From Malacoraja senta (Eukaryota), in assembly GCA_038087875.1 (NCBI GenBank), contig JAXLNO010000462.1, positions 186,001 through 250,000 on the forward strand: a stretch of 64,000 nucleotides of DNA, written 5' to 3'. A program made the translations under genes and the position numbers. Below are positions 48,753 to 59,803 of this stretch, piece after piece. Numbering within the stretch: position 1 is the first letter of the stretch; each line of letters opens with the position of its first letter. The notes below the pieces were generated by a model. The model searched no databases and was not told where the DNA came from. It saw only the letters and a list, made by a program, of their open reading frames with translations.

Positions 48753-49793
48753 CTATCTATCCACGTGGCCAACAGGCCGGAGGAGCGGGCAAAGACCTTG
48801 CCGCAGAGAGGGCAGGTGAAGGGGCGCTGGCCGGTGTGGACTCGTCGGTGCTCCAGCAGGTGGTCAAGGCGGGTGAAACCCTTGCCACACTCAGCGCACA
48901 CAAAGGGTCTCTCTCCGGTGTGTTCCACTGGTGCTCCCGCAGCCCCCGTGCTCTCTTGTCACAGTGGGAGCAGCTGCTCGCCGGCATGGGTCCGCCGGTG
49001 CTGCCGCAACGTCCGCGAGCTGTCAAACTCCTCACCGCAGTACGGGCAGTCGTAGTGGTGTGCACGCGCTGGTGAGACAGGGCGTGGTAGGGCATGGTAA
49101 AGCGATCTCCACACACCGGGCTGGGGACGGGACGGGCGTGGTGTGCACCTGCTGGTGGGACAGCAGATAGGTGGAGCAGGTGAAGCCCTTGCCGCACTGG
49201 GCGCAGGTGTATGGGCGCTCCCCGGTGTGCAGGCGCCTGTGCTGCTTCAGCTCTGGCGACGACTTGAAGCCTTTGCCGCAGTCGGAGCAGGTGAAGGGCC
49301 GCTCACTGCTGTGCACCCGCCGGTGCTGCCGTAGCCCCACCAACTGGACAAAGCACATGTCGCAGGTGGAGCAGCCATAGGGCTTCTCGCCCATGTGCAC
49401 CCGCCGGTGGAAGTTCAGGTGTTGCACCGTTTTGAAGCTCTCGCCGAAGATGGAGCAGGTGAAGGGCCTTTCGCTGGAGTGCACGTGGTTGACTGCAGCA
49501 GGCAACTGGAGCTGATAAAGCTCTTGCTGCACTCCGAGCAGTCAAGGGGCATTCTCCCGTGTGCTCCCGCCGGTGGATCTCCAGATGGCTCGGCTTCTGC
49601 CAGGCCTTGCCACACACGTCGCACTCATAACGCTTCTCCTTGTTGTGCCCCGTCATGTGGTTCTCCATCGAAGCTCAGCCCCTCGAAGCTCAGCCCACAC
49701 ACCGAGCAGTTGGGGGGTCTCACCGGCACCCTGGCCGCCCTCAATGGCCGCTCACGTCCCCGTCTCTCCGTCCACAGCAACGTCGACTAAACC
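48753..49793 (-). pseudogene. C2H2 poly-zinc-finger exon, frameshifted
   Basis: About a dozen CxxC..H...H fingers with HTGERPY/F linkers across frames; acceptor ttcccctcctgcAG at 49794-49795. Confidence 0.88.
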
Positions 49794-49893
49794 CTGCAGG
49801 AGGGGAACACAGAGGGTCAACAAGCTGGCAAACAGGACATTATTACCACATATTGGGGGCGTTTATGTCGGAGGAAACCGTTATATAATTCTG

Positions 49894-50203
49894 CGCAGCA
49901 CAGTGGCGCAGCGGTACAGTTGCTGCCTCAACGCCAGAGACCCGGGCTCGATCCTGACTACGGATGCTGTCTATGTGGAGTTTGTACGTTCTCCCCTTGA
50001 CCTGCGTGGGTCTTTACTCAGGGTGCTCCGGTTTCCTCCAACATTTCAAAGACGTTCAGGGTTGTAGATTAATCGGCCTCCGCAAAATTGTTAAATTGTC
50101 CCTAATGTGCGTAGGATAGTGCTAGTGTACGGGGTGATCGCTGGTCGGGGCGGACTCCGCGGGCCGAAAGACCTGTTTCCGCGCTGCATCTCTAAACTAA
50201 ACC
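49894..50203 (+). mobile_element. HE1-like tRNA-derived V-SINE with CR1 tail
   Basis: A box tggcgcagcgg, B-box-like gggctcgatcc, V-domain tgtggagtttgtacgttctcccc..ctccggtttcctcc, tail cctgtttcc..(ctaaa)n. Confidence 0.8.
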
Positions 50204-50512
50204 AAAGAAGGGTCTCGACCCAAAATGTCACCCATTCATTCATTCCATTTTGTGTCTATCTTCTCCACAGATGCTGCCTGACCCGCTGAGTTACGCCAGC
50301 GCTTTGTGTCTACTCCACAGATGCTGCCTGACCCGCTGAGTTACGCCAGCGCTTTGTCATAGATTCATAAAGTGATACAGCGTTGGAAAGAGGCCTTTCG
50401 GCCCAACTCATACCTGCACTCCTAGATCCCTCGGCTCCACACATTCCTCCAGCACCCGCCATTCACAGTGAAGATCCTGCCCTGGTTTGTCTTCCTAAAC
50501 TGCAACACCCTC

Positions 50513-53500
50513 TGTAGAGCCGTGCATGTTCCTTTAACATGGTGACCTCACTTCTACTAACCACTCCCCATTAGCTTCAGTATAAATGTAACCTTCCCAC
50601 CCCTAGCTCGCTCTCTAGCTCCGGTAACGGACCACGAACAGCTAGGGCAATATGTGTGTATACGAATACAATGCATGCAATAAACTAGAGTGAAGACACC
50701 ATGTGTTTGGACAGTCTTTACATGGTGTCAAGAAGTTAACCCTGCGTCTCCTGTTCATCGGGTTTGTTTTCTTTTCTCCAAGTGTTTATTTTCCTTTCCA
50801 ACTATTTATGTACTATGGCCACCTCGTGTCGAAAGCCTGACGTTCTGGTGTTTGACTCGGACATCGTCCACCGGTGGACTATTTTCCGGCGCGACTTCCA
50901 GCACTATGTCGCCATCGCTCATCCTAATATTACCCCTGCGATTACAGCACATCTGCTCCTCAACCTGGCTGGCCCGGAGGCCATGGAACGTTCTGAATCT
51001 TTTGAGTACGCCGATGGTGAGAATGCAGAGGACCCCGTGTGTCTCATCAATAAATTTGCCGCGCTGTGTGACATTCCCACCAACTCCATTCTAGAGCGGT
51101 TCAAGTTTTTCAGCAGGCGCCAGAAACCCGGGGAGCACATCGATACCTTCGTGGCATCGCTGCGTCACCTGGCCCGGCGTTGCCACCTGGAGACGTTGAC
51201 CCCCGATCAGTTGATCAGAGATGTCCTAGTTCACGGTCTACAGGACGTGAAGCTACTGGCTGAGCTTCTGAGAAAGCCGGACCTCACTTTAAACGACGCT
51301 TTGCATGCCTCTCGCATGTCTGCTGCTGTCGACGCCGTATCTCCCCCTGAAGCTGAGGACATTAACTATGCCGGTGCTGCTGGACGCCCGCGGCGCGATG
51401 GCCCGCCACGCCAGCGTAGCACCCCTGCGCCTGCAAGGGTCAACCCTCGCCGATGCCCGAACTGCAACTTTGTCAATCATCAATTTGGTGTTTGCCCTGC
51501 TCTGGGTAAGACTTGTAATTTGTGTAAGAAGCTTAATCACTTCTCCGCAGCGTGCCGTTCCAGGAGCCAGCCTGTCCCTGCTCCGAGAAAGAGTCTACAC
51601 AACCTGACTGCTACTGACAGTGTTTATGACTCCGAATACCTTCCAGTCGAACTCCCTGATTCTGGTAACAGCTCCTCCCATGATGAATCGCTTGTTTTTT
51701 CAGTCCTGGGTGCACATGCTTTGATAGCTGATCCATCAGTTCGAGTTACTGTGAATGGGATGACCTTCTCTGCTAAGGTAGATACGGGGGCGTTTACGAA
51801 TATTATGTCGTTAAGTCTTTTTCAACAGATAAGATCTGTTGAGAACATTACTGCTGATCCGCCTCCGTGCATATGGGGGGAGCATGCTATTCCCAGTCGG
51901 CAAGGCCACCCTTATCTGCTCAGTTCTGAAGGCCTCTCGGCCCCTCTCTTTCCTCCTGCTGGAATCTGAGAATGTTACTCTGTTGGGCGCCCGTGCGTGC
52001 CAGGACCTCGGTTTGGTGTCCTTCCACCACGACATCCACCCGGTGCAGACCCCCATGGATCCCATGTGCGAGTACCCCGACCGTTTTGACGGTGTATTAG
52101 GCAACTACCCTGCAATTACGAAATCGAGGTGGACCCGGAGGTCCATCCGGTAGTACGCCCTCCTCACCGCGTCTCCTTTGCTATGAAGGACAAGGTGGAG
52201 TCCACTCTACGCCAGATGGTGGCCATGGGCATCATCAAGGAAGTGAGCGATGCCACCCGGTGGGTCTCCACCATGGTCGTTGCTGCTAAGAAGGACAAGA
52301 GTGAGATTCGGATCTGTATCAACCCCAAGGACCTAAACCTTGCCATCAAGCGCCCGCACTACCCCATGCGAACGGTGGAGGATGTCGCTGCAAAGGTTGG
52401 CCCAGCCACCGTATTCTCTGTCCTCGATGCCAAGAACTCTTTCTGGCAGATTCCGCTGGATGAACGTTCATCTTTACTGACCACGTTTGGTACACCTTTC
52501 GGCAGGTTCCGTTTCCTCCGCATGCCTTTCCATAACAATTCTGCCAGCGAGGTTTTCCAGCGCACCATGGAACAGCTATTTGCAGGTCTGCCGTGTGCTA
52601 TCATCGTTGATGACATCTTGGTGTACGGGAGGGACGTCGCTGAGCACGACCTCCACCTCCGTCTGGTCCTGGATCGGGCTCGGGAAATCAACCTCAAACT
52701 GAACCCCAAGAAGTGCCGTTTCCGCGTCCCAGAGGTCACCTACGTGGGCCACGTTTTTACGGCTGAGGGTCTGAAACCAGACCCACAGAAGACAGCTGCG
52801 GTCTCAGAGATGCCAGCTCCGGTCAACGTGCCAAGCCTGCAACGCTTCTTGGGCATGATGAACTATCTGGGGAAATTTATTCCCGACCTCAGCGAGCTGA
52901 GTGCGCCCCTGAGGGAACTGACCAAGATGGACACTGCCTGGGTTTGGTACCCGCTACATCAGGCAGCCTTCGATGACTTGAAATCCCGGCTGGTTCGCGC
53001 CCCCACTCTGAAGTTCTTCGACTTAAAGCGCCCTATCGTCATTACCTGCGATGCATCAAGTTTCGGTCTCGATGCCGCCTGCCTGCAGATCCACGACCGC
53101 CTGCAGCTACCTGTCTCCTACGCCTCCCGCACCATGACCCCAACCGAGCAACGCCACGCTCAGATCGAGAAAGAGCTCCTTGCCGTGGTGTTTGCCTGCT
53201 CGAAGTTCAGGGACTACATTATAGGTAACACCTTCACTATCGAAACCGACCACCAGCCGCTGGTCACGATCTTAAACAAACCGATCCACGTTGCCTCTTC
53301 CCGTTTGCAGCGTATGATGCTGCAACTCCAACGCTTCACGTTTCAAATCGTGTACCGCAAGGGCAAGGACATGTTTGTGGCTGACACGCTGTCCCGCGCA
53401 CCGCTGGCTTCTACAGCCCGCCACCCGTACGAGTCATCCGACCTGATGGTGCTAAACGTCAACTTCATGCCTTCCCAGCAGATGCAGTCCCTGATTCACC

Positions 53501-55248
53501 ACACTGCCAATGATCCTGCCCTGCAACAGCTTATAGACGTCATCCGTCGCGGCTGGCCTGACCGTCGCTCACCCTTGCCGGCTGGTGCTGCGCCCTACTT
53601 CCTAGTCCGGGACGAACTTGTGCTGCAGGGCGGCGTGGTGGTGAAGGGCCACAAGGTTGTGGTGCCTGCCGCTCTGCGGGACCACTATTTCCAAACTGCC
53701 CACAACGGCCATCCCGGTGCCGATGCCACCCTGTCCCAGGCCCAGAGCCAATTTTATTGGCCCAGCATGGCACAGGACATCCGGGAGAGGGTCTCTGCCT
53801 GCTTAACCTGCAATACCCTCTCTCCCCACCAGCAACGCCAGCCACTCCTGCAACAGCCTGCCCCCGACCTGGTGTGGATGGCGGTCGCTACGGACATATT
53901 TGAGTGGCGTGACAAACATTTCCTGATCCTGGTCGACTCTTACTCCAGCTGGTTCGAGATTAAGCGTCTGCACTCCCTCACTTCTGCTGCGGTCATCGGG
54001 ACGTTGCAACCCCTCTTTGCAACCTTTGGCATTCCTGTGACTGTGCAGTCTGACAACGGGGGCCAGTTCACGAGTGCTGAGTTCCGCGCATTCGCCGCCG
54101 CCTACAACTTTCGCCACATCACCAGCAGCCCGGAGTACCCGCAGAGCAACGGCCTTGCTGAGCGCGCCGTCCGCAGTGCCAAGGAGCTGCTGGAACATTG
54201 CAGACTGTCGCATTCGGATTTTTATCTCGCTCTACTGAATCTCCGAAATATTTGTCGCGACCCTGCCATGGGCTCACCCGCTCAACGGCTCATGTCCCGC
54301 ACCACTCGCCCTCCAATCCCTGTCTCCCAGCGGTCGCTACGGCCCGCAGTCCGCAGCCCTGCTGCTGTCCAGAAGCGTATTACCCAGAAACAGGTCGTCC
54401 AGAAGCGCTCCCACGACAAGTCATGCCGTCCCCTTCAGCCCCTCTTCGAGGGCCAGGTCGTCCGGATGCAGTCCCCCTCCGGACACCACCGCTTGGCTGT
54501 TGTCATCGGCTTTGCCGACTCTCCGCGCTCTTACCTGGTTGACTACGAGGGCACAATCTACCGCCGGTCCCGCCAGCATTTGCTGCCGGTCAACGAACCC
54601 GCTCTGCCTCCCGCAGCCCCTTTTGCTCCCCCGGTTGCCGCCTCGTTGCCTCCCGCTCCTCTGCCCTCGCGACCCTTGGCGCCCCGTTCTCCCGCTGCTC
54701 CTGCTGGCCCCCCCCCCCCCCCCCATCAGCCATCTCCCGCTCGCGTGCCCGTTGCGGTGCCCTTGTCTCCTCCCCGGTCTCCTCGTTCTCCCCCTCCTGC
54801 TCACCCCTTTCGGTTCACCTGTCGCCGCTCCTGCCCCGGTGCCCACTCTACCTTCGGAGGGGGGGGAAGGCGGGCTGCATACCCGCTCCGGGCGTCTGGT
54901 CAAGCCGCCTGAACGTTACGGGGAGTTTGCTTGAATGTTTTAAGTTTTTCCTGACGATGTACGCGCGGGTTTGTGCCTAACGTATGAGTCGTGGTCTCAC
55001 TGTCATCATTGCTATGTTTCCCTTTTCAAGGGGAAGGATGTAGAGCCGTGCATGTTCCTTTAACATGGTGACCTCACTTCTACTAACCACTCCCCATTAG
55101 CTTCAGTATAAATGTAACCTTCCCACCCCTAGCTCGCTCTCTAGCTCCGGTAACGGACCACGAACAGCTAGGGCAATATGTGTGTATACGAATACAATGT
55201 ATGAAATAAACTAGAGTGAAGACACCCTGTGTTTGGACAGTCTTTACA
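50513..55248 (+). mobile_element. Gypsy LTR retrotransposon (Mag-like), full length, young
   Basis: 210-bp LTRs 50513-50722 and 55039-55248 (3 differences seen); 5-bp TSD ccctc; PBS tggtgtcagaagt (tRNA-Leu type); PPT aaggggaagga. Confidence 0.97.
50815..54934 (+). pseudogene. Gypsy gag-pol with frameshifts near 51860, 52105 and 54805
   Basis: Two CCHC knuckles, KVDTGA, IIVDDIL, RNase H, HHCC/DDE integrase in 52129-54912, TRSGRLVKPPERY in another frame. Confidence 0.92.
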
Positions 55249-55249
55249 C

Positions 55250-55878
55250 CCTCCCCACCCCCAAACAATGTGACCTCCTCCCTGTGGCTACCTGCCCCTT
55301 ACCTCTGCTGCCGCCTTCTGCTCCATACCCCCCTTTGCTCCCCCTCCCTCCTCCCCACCCCAAACAATGTGAACCCACCCCACCTGGCTCCCTGCCTCTT
55401 TCTTGGCTCATTTGACCCCTCTCTCCCCCCGTTTCCTGCCCCCCCATTCATTCCCCTCAGCACCAAACCCACTCCCCCTTGAATCCCTCCCCCTCCCTTT
55501 GCTCCCTGTTTTCCCCCCGCTACTCACTTCACCGCCTTTCCACCTCCAGCATCTCACCCCTCTTCACCCAGCCCCCTCCCACCACTCCACACTCTCTCTC
55601 TCTCTCTCCATCGCTCCCCACTCTCTCCCCCTGTCTCTCTCTCTCTCTCTGACTGTCTCTCTGTCTATCTATCTTTCGGTCTCCCTCTCTCTCTGTCTGT
55701 CTCTTTCTCTCTTTGCCCATCTCTCTCTGTCTGACTGTCTGTCTGTCTCTCTCTCCCTCTGTATCTCTCTCTCTGTCTCTCTCTCTCTCTTTGCCTGTCT
55801 CTCTATCTCTGGCTGTCTCTCTCTCCCCAATCTCTCTCTGTGTCTCTATCTGTCTCTCTCTCTCTCTCTCTCTGTCTG

Positions 55879-55928
<50 letters not shown>

Positions 55929-55971
55929 GCCTCTCTCTCTGTCCCTCTCTCTGTCTCTCTCTCTCTCTCTG

Positions 55972-56014
<43 letters not shown>

Positions 56015-57943
56015 CTCTCTCTTTTTCTCTCTCTCTCTCTCTGTCTACTGTCTCTCTCTGCCCACCTCACTGTCTTTCTCTCTCTCTCTGTCTGTCTCTG
56101 TCTCTGTGTGTGTGTGTCTCTCTCAGTCCGGACCGCTCCTGCTCCCCTCATCCCCGACACTACCCATTCATTCTCCCCACCGATGCTGCCTGACCCGCTG
56201 AATTACTCCAGCATTTTGTGTCTTCTCCACAGATGCTGCCTGACCCACCCCCCCTTGAATCCTCCCCCTCCCTTTCCTCTCTGCTTCCCCCGCTACTCAC
56301 TTCATCCCCTTTCCACCTCCAGCCTCTCACCCCTCTCCTCCCTCCCTCCATCCACTCCACACTCTCTCTCTCTCACACACACACACTCTCTCTCTCTCTC
56401 TGTGTGTCAGAATCTCTCCCTCCCTCTGTGTCTCTGACTCTCTCTCTCTCCAACTGTCTCTCTGTCTCTCTCTCTCCCCCTCTCACTCTCTCTCAGTCCG
56501 GACCGCTCCCGCTCCCCTCATCCCCGACACTACTCCCCCACCAGATGGGGGGGGGGCTCACCGGCACCCTGGCCGCCCTCAATGGCCGCTTATGTCCCCG
56601 TCTCTCCGTCCACAGCAACGGCTCCTAAAGCCTGCAGGAGGAGAACACAGAGGGTCAACAAGCTGGCAAACAGGACATTACTAACGCGCCAACATTACTG
56701 GGGCCTGAAGGGGTTGGTTGTTCTCTCTGTCTCTCTCTCTCTCTCTCTTATTCTCTCCCTCTTTCTCTCTTTCACTGTCTTTCTCTCTCTCTCTCTCTCT
56801 GTCTTTCTCCCTCTCTGTCTCTGACTTTCTCTGGCTCTCTCTCTGTCTCCCTCTCTCTCTCTCTCTTTGTCTCTCTCTGTTTATCTCCATCTCTCTTTGG
56901 CTCTCTCTCTGTCTTTCTGTGTCTGAGTGTCTCTCTCTCTCTTTCTCTCTCCCTCTCTCTCGCTGCCTCTCTCTCTCTCCGTCTCTCTTTCTCTGCCTCT
57001 GTCTGTGTCTCTCACTTTCTCTCCCTTTCTGCCTCTCTCTCGTCTCTGCCTCTCTCTCTATCTCTCTCTTCTCTCCCTCTCTCTCTCTCTCTGACTCACT
57101 CTGTCTGCCTCTCTATTTCTCTGTCTCTCTCTCTGCCACTCTCTCGCTGTGTTTCTCTCTTTCTGAGTGTCTCTCGCTCTCTCTTTCTCTCTGTCTCTCT
57201 CTCTCTGCCTGTCTGTCGCTGTCTCTCTCTGAGTCTGTCTGTCTCTCCCCTTCTCTGCCTCACTCAGTCTCTCACTCTCTCTGAGTCTGTCTCTCTCTCT
57301 GTCTCTCCCTCGCTCTGTCTCTCCCTCTCCCTGGTCTCTCTCTCTCCATCTCTGGCCTCTCTCTGCCTCTCTCTTTCTCTCTCTGTCTCTCCCTCTGTCT
57401 CTCTCTCTGTCTCACTCTCTCTGTCTCTCTATCTGTTTCTCTCTCTCTCCATCTCTCTCTCTGTCTCTCTCTGTGTCTCTCTCTCTCTTTCTCTCTCCGT
57501 CTCTCTCTCTTTCTCACCCTGTTTCACTCGCTCCCTCTCTCTCTCTCTCTCTCTCTGTCTTTCCCACTCTCTGTCTCTGGCCTCTGTCTCTCTCTTTTTC
57601 TCCCTGTTTCCCTCTCTCCCTGTCTCTCTCTATCTCTCTGTCTCTCTCTGTGTCTCCCTCACTCTCTCTCTCTCCATCTCTCTCTGTCTCTCTGTCTGTT
57701 TGCCTCTGTCATTCTCTCCCTCTCCGTCTCTCTCCATTCCCCTCTCTGTCTGTCTCACTGTCTATCATTGTCTCTGTCTCTCTGTCTCTGTCTCTCTATC
57801 TCTCTTCCTCTCTCTCTTTCTCTGCCTCCTCTGTCTCTCACTGTCTCTTTCTCTGTCCCTCTCTCTCTCCCTCGCTCTGTGTGTTTCTCTTTCTGAGTCT
57901 ATCTCGCTCTCTCTCTCCCTCTCTCTTTTTCTCTCTCCCTCTC

Positions 57944-57975
<32 letters not shown>

Positions 57976-59192
57976 CCTCTCTGAGTCTCTCTCCCTCTCT
58001 CTCTCCCACTCTCTATTCTCTCTCTCTATCTCTGTCTCTCTCTGTCTCTCTGTCTGTCTCTCCCTCTGTGTCTCTGTGTGTCTCTCTCTATCTCTGCCTC
58101 TCACTCTGTTTCTCTCTCCCTCTCTCTCTGTGCCCCTCTCTCCCTGTCTCTCTTTCTCTCATCTCTATCTCCCTCTGTCTCACTGTCTCTTTTTCTGACC
58201 ATCTGTCTCTCTCTCTCTCTCTGTATCTCTCTCTGTTTCTATCTGTCTTTATCTCTGTCCCTCCCTCTCTCTATGTATCTCTCCCTGTCTCTGGTCTCTC
58301 TCTGTTTCTCTGTATGTCTCTCTCTGTCTCTCCCTCTCTGTGCCTCTCTCTCTCATTCTCTCTCTCTCCCTCACTGTCTCTCACTCTCTCTCTGTCTCTC
58401 TGTTTTCCTCTCTCTCTGTGTATCTCTCGCTCTGTCTCTCTCTCTGTCCGTCTCTCCATCTCTCTCTGTCTCTCTTTCTCTCTCCCCCCCTCTCTCTCTG
58501 TCTCCCTCTCTCTCTCTCCCTCTCTCTCTCTGTTTCTCTCTTTCTGAGTGTATCTCGCTCTTTCTCTCACCCCCTCTATCTCTCCCCCCTCTCACTGTCT
58601 GTCTCTCTCTCTTGCTGGTCTCTCAGTCTCTCTCTTTTTCTCACTTTCTCTTTCTCACTTTCTCTCTCTCTGTCCCTCTCTGTCTCTCACACTCTCTCTC
58701 TCTCTCTCTCTGTTCTCTCTGTCTCTCTCACTCACTTTCTCTGTCATTCTCTTTGTCTCTGTCTCTGTCTCTCTCTGTATCTCTCTGTCTGAGTCTGTCT
58801 CTCTCTCTTTCTCTCCTCTCTCTCGCTGCCTCTCTCTCTGTCTCTCCCACTCTCTGTCTGGTCTCTGTCTGTCTCTCTCTTTTTCTCTCTGTTTCTCTGT
58901 CTCTCTCTCCGTCATTTTCTGCGTGTCTCTCTCTGTCTCTCCCTGTCTCTCTCTATATCTCTCACTGATTCTTTCTGTCTCTGTGTCTCTGTCTCTCTAT
59001 CGGTCTCCTCCTCTGTGTCTATTTGTCTCTCTCTCGCTCTCTCTCTCTCACTTTCTGTTTCTCTCTGTCTCTCCCTCTCTCTGTCTGTGTCTCTCTCTTT
59101 CTTTCGCTGCCTCTCTCTCTGTCTCTTTCTCTAACTGTCTCCCTCTCTCTCTCTACCTGTCTGTCTCTGGTCTCTCTGCCTGTCTGTCTCTG
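55250..59192. repeat. About 3.9-kb polypyrimidine (CT)n/(CTGT)n tract
   Basis: Direct inspection; internal direct repeat about 55480-55600 / 56255-56370. Confidence 0.97.
56547..56682 (-). pseudogene. Orphan copy of the ZNF exon acceptor and 5' end
   Basis: Direct-orientation match to about 49713-49843 including ctcctgcAG. Confidence 0.85.
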
Positions 59193-59803
59193 GCTTCATC
59201 TGCTCCAGCAGCCTGCTGAAGCACCAGCGCACCCACACCGGTGAGCGCCCCTACATCTGCGCCCAGTGCGGCAAGGTCTTCACCCGGTCCAGTCAACTGC
59301 TGAAGCACCAGCGCACCCACACCGGCGAGCGCCCCTACACCTGCGCCCAGTGCGGCATGGGCTTCACTGGCTCCACAAAGCTGCTGTCCCACCAGCAGGT
59401 GCACACTGGCGACCGTCACTCTCCAGCCCGGTGTGTGGAGAGCGCTTTGCCATGGCCTCCCAGGCCCTGTCTCACCAGCGTGTGCACACCAGTGGCCAGC
59501 CCTACGACTGCCCGTACTGTGGTGATGAGTTTGACAGCTCGCGGGGGTTGCGGCAGCACCGGCGGGCCCACGCCGGCGAGCAGCTGCTCCCACTGTGACA
59601 AGAGAGCATGTGGGCTGCGGGAGCACCAGCGGTTACACACCGGAGGGAGACCCTTTGTGTGCGCTGAGGGTTTCACCCGCCTTGACCACCTGCTGGAGCA
59701 CCGGCGAGTCCACACCGGCCAGCGCCCCTTCACCTGCCCGCTCTGTGGCAAGGCCTTTGCCCGCTCCTCCAGCCTGCTGGCACACCGCCACGTGGATAAA
59801 TAG
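59193..59803 (+). pseudogene. C2H2 zinc-finger exon, 5'-truncated and frameshifted
   Basis: [20 protein letters not shown].., [16 protein letters not shown]; paralog of 48753-49230. Confidence 0.88.

Larger units (their letters stand above)
43845..49230. repeat. Left arm of inverted segmental duplication
   Basis: About 43845-45965 pairs with 62315-60320, and about 48185-49230 pairs with 60315-59310. Confidence 0.9.

Noticed and set aside
55403..59244. Long Ser/Leu and Arg/Glu ORFs
   Set aside because: Translation artefacts of (CT)n low complexity
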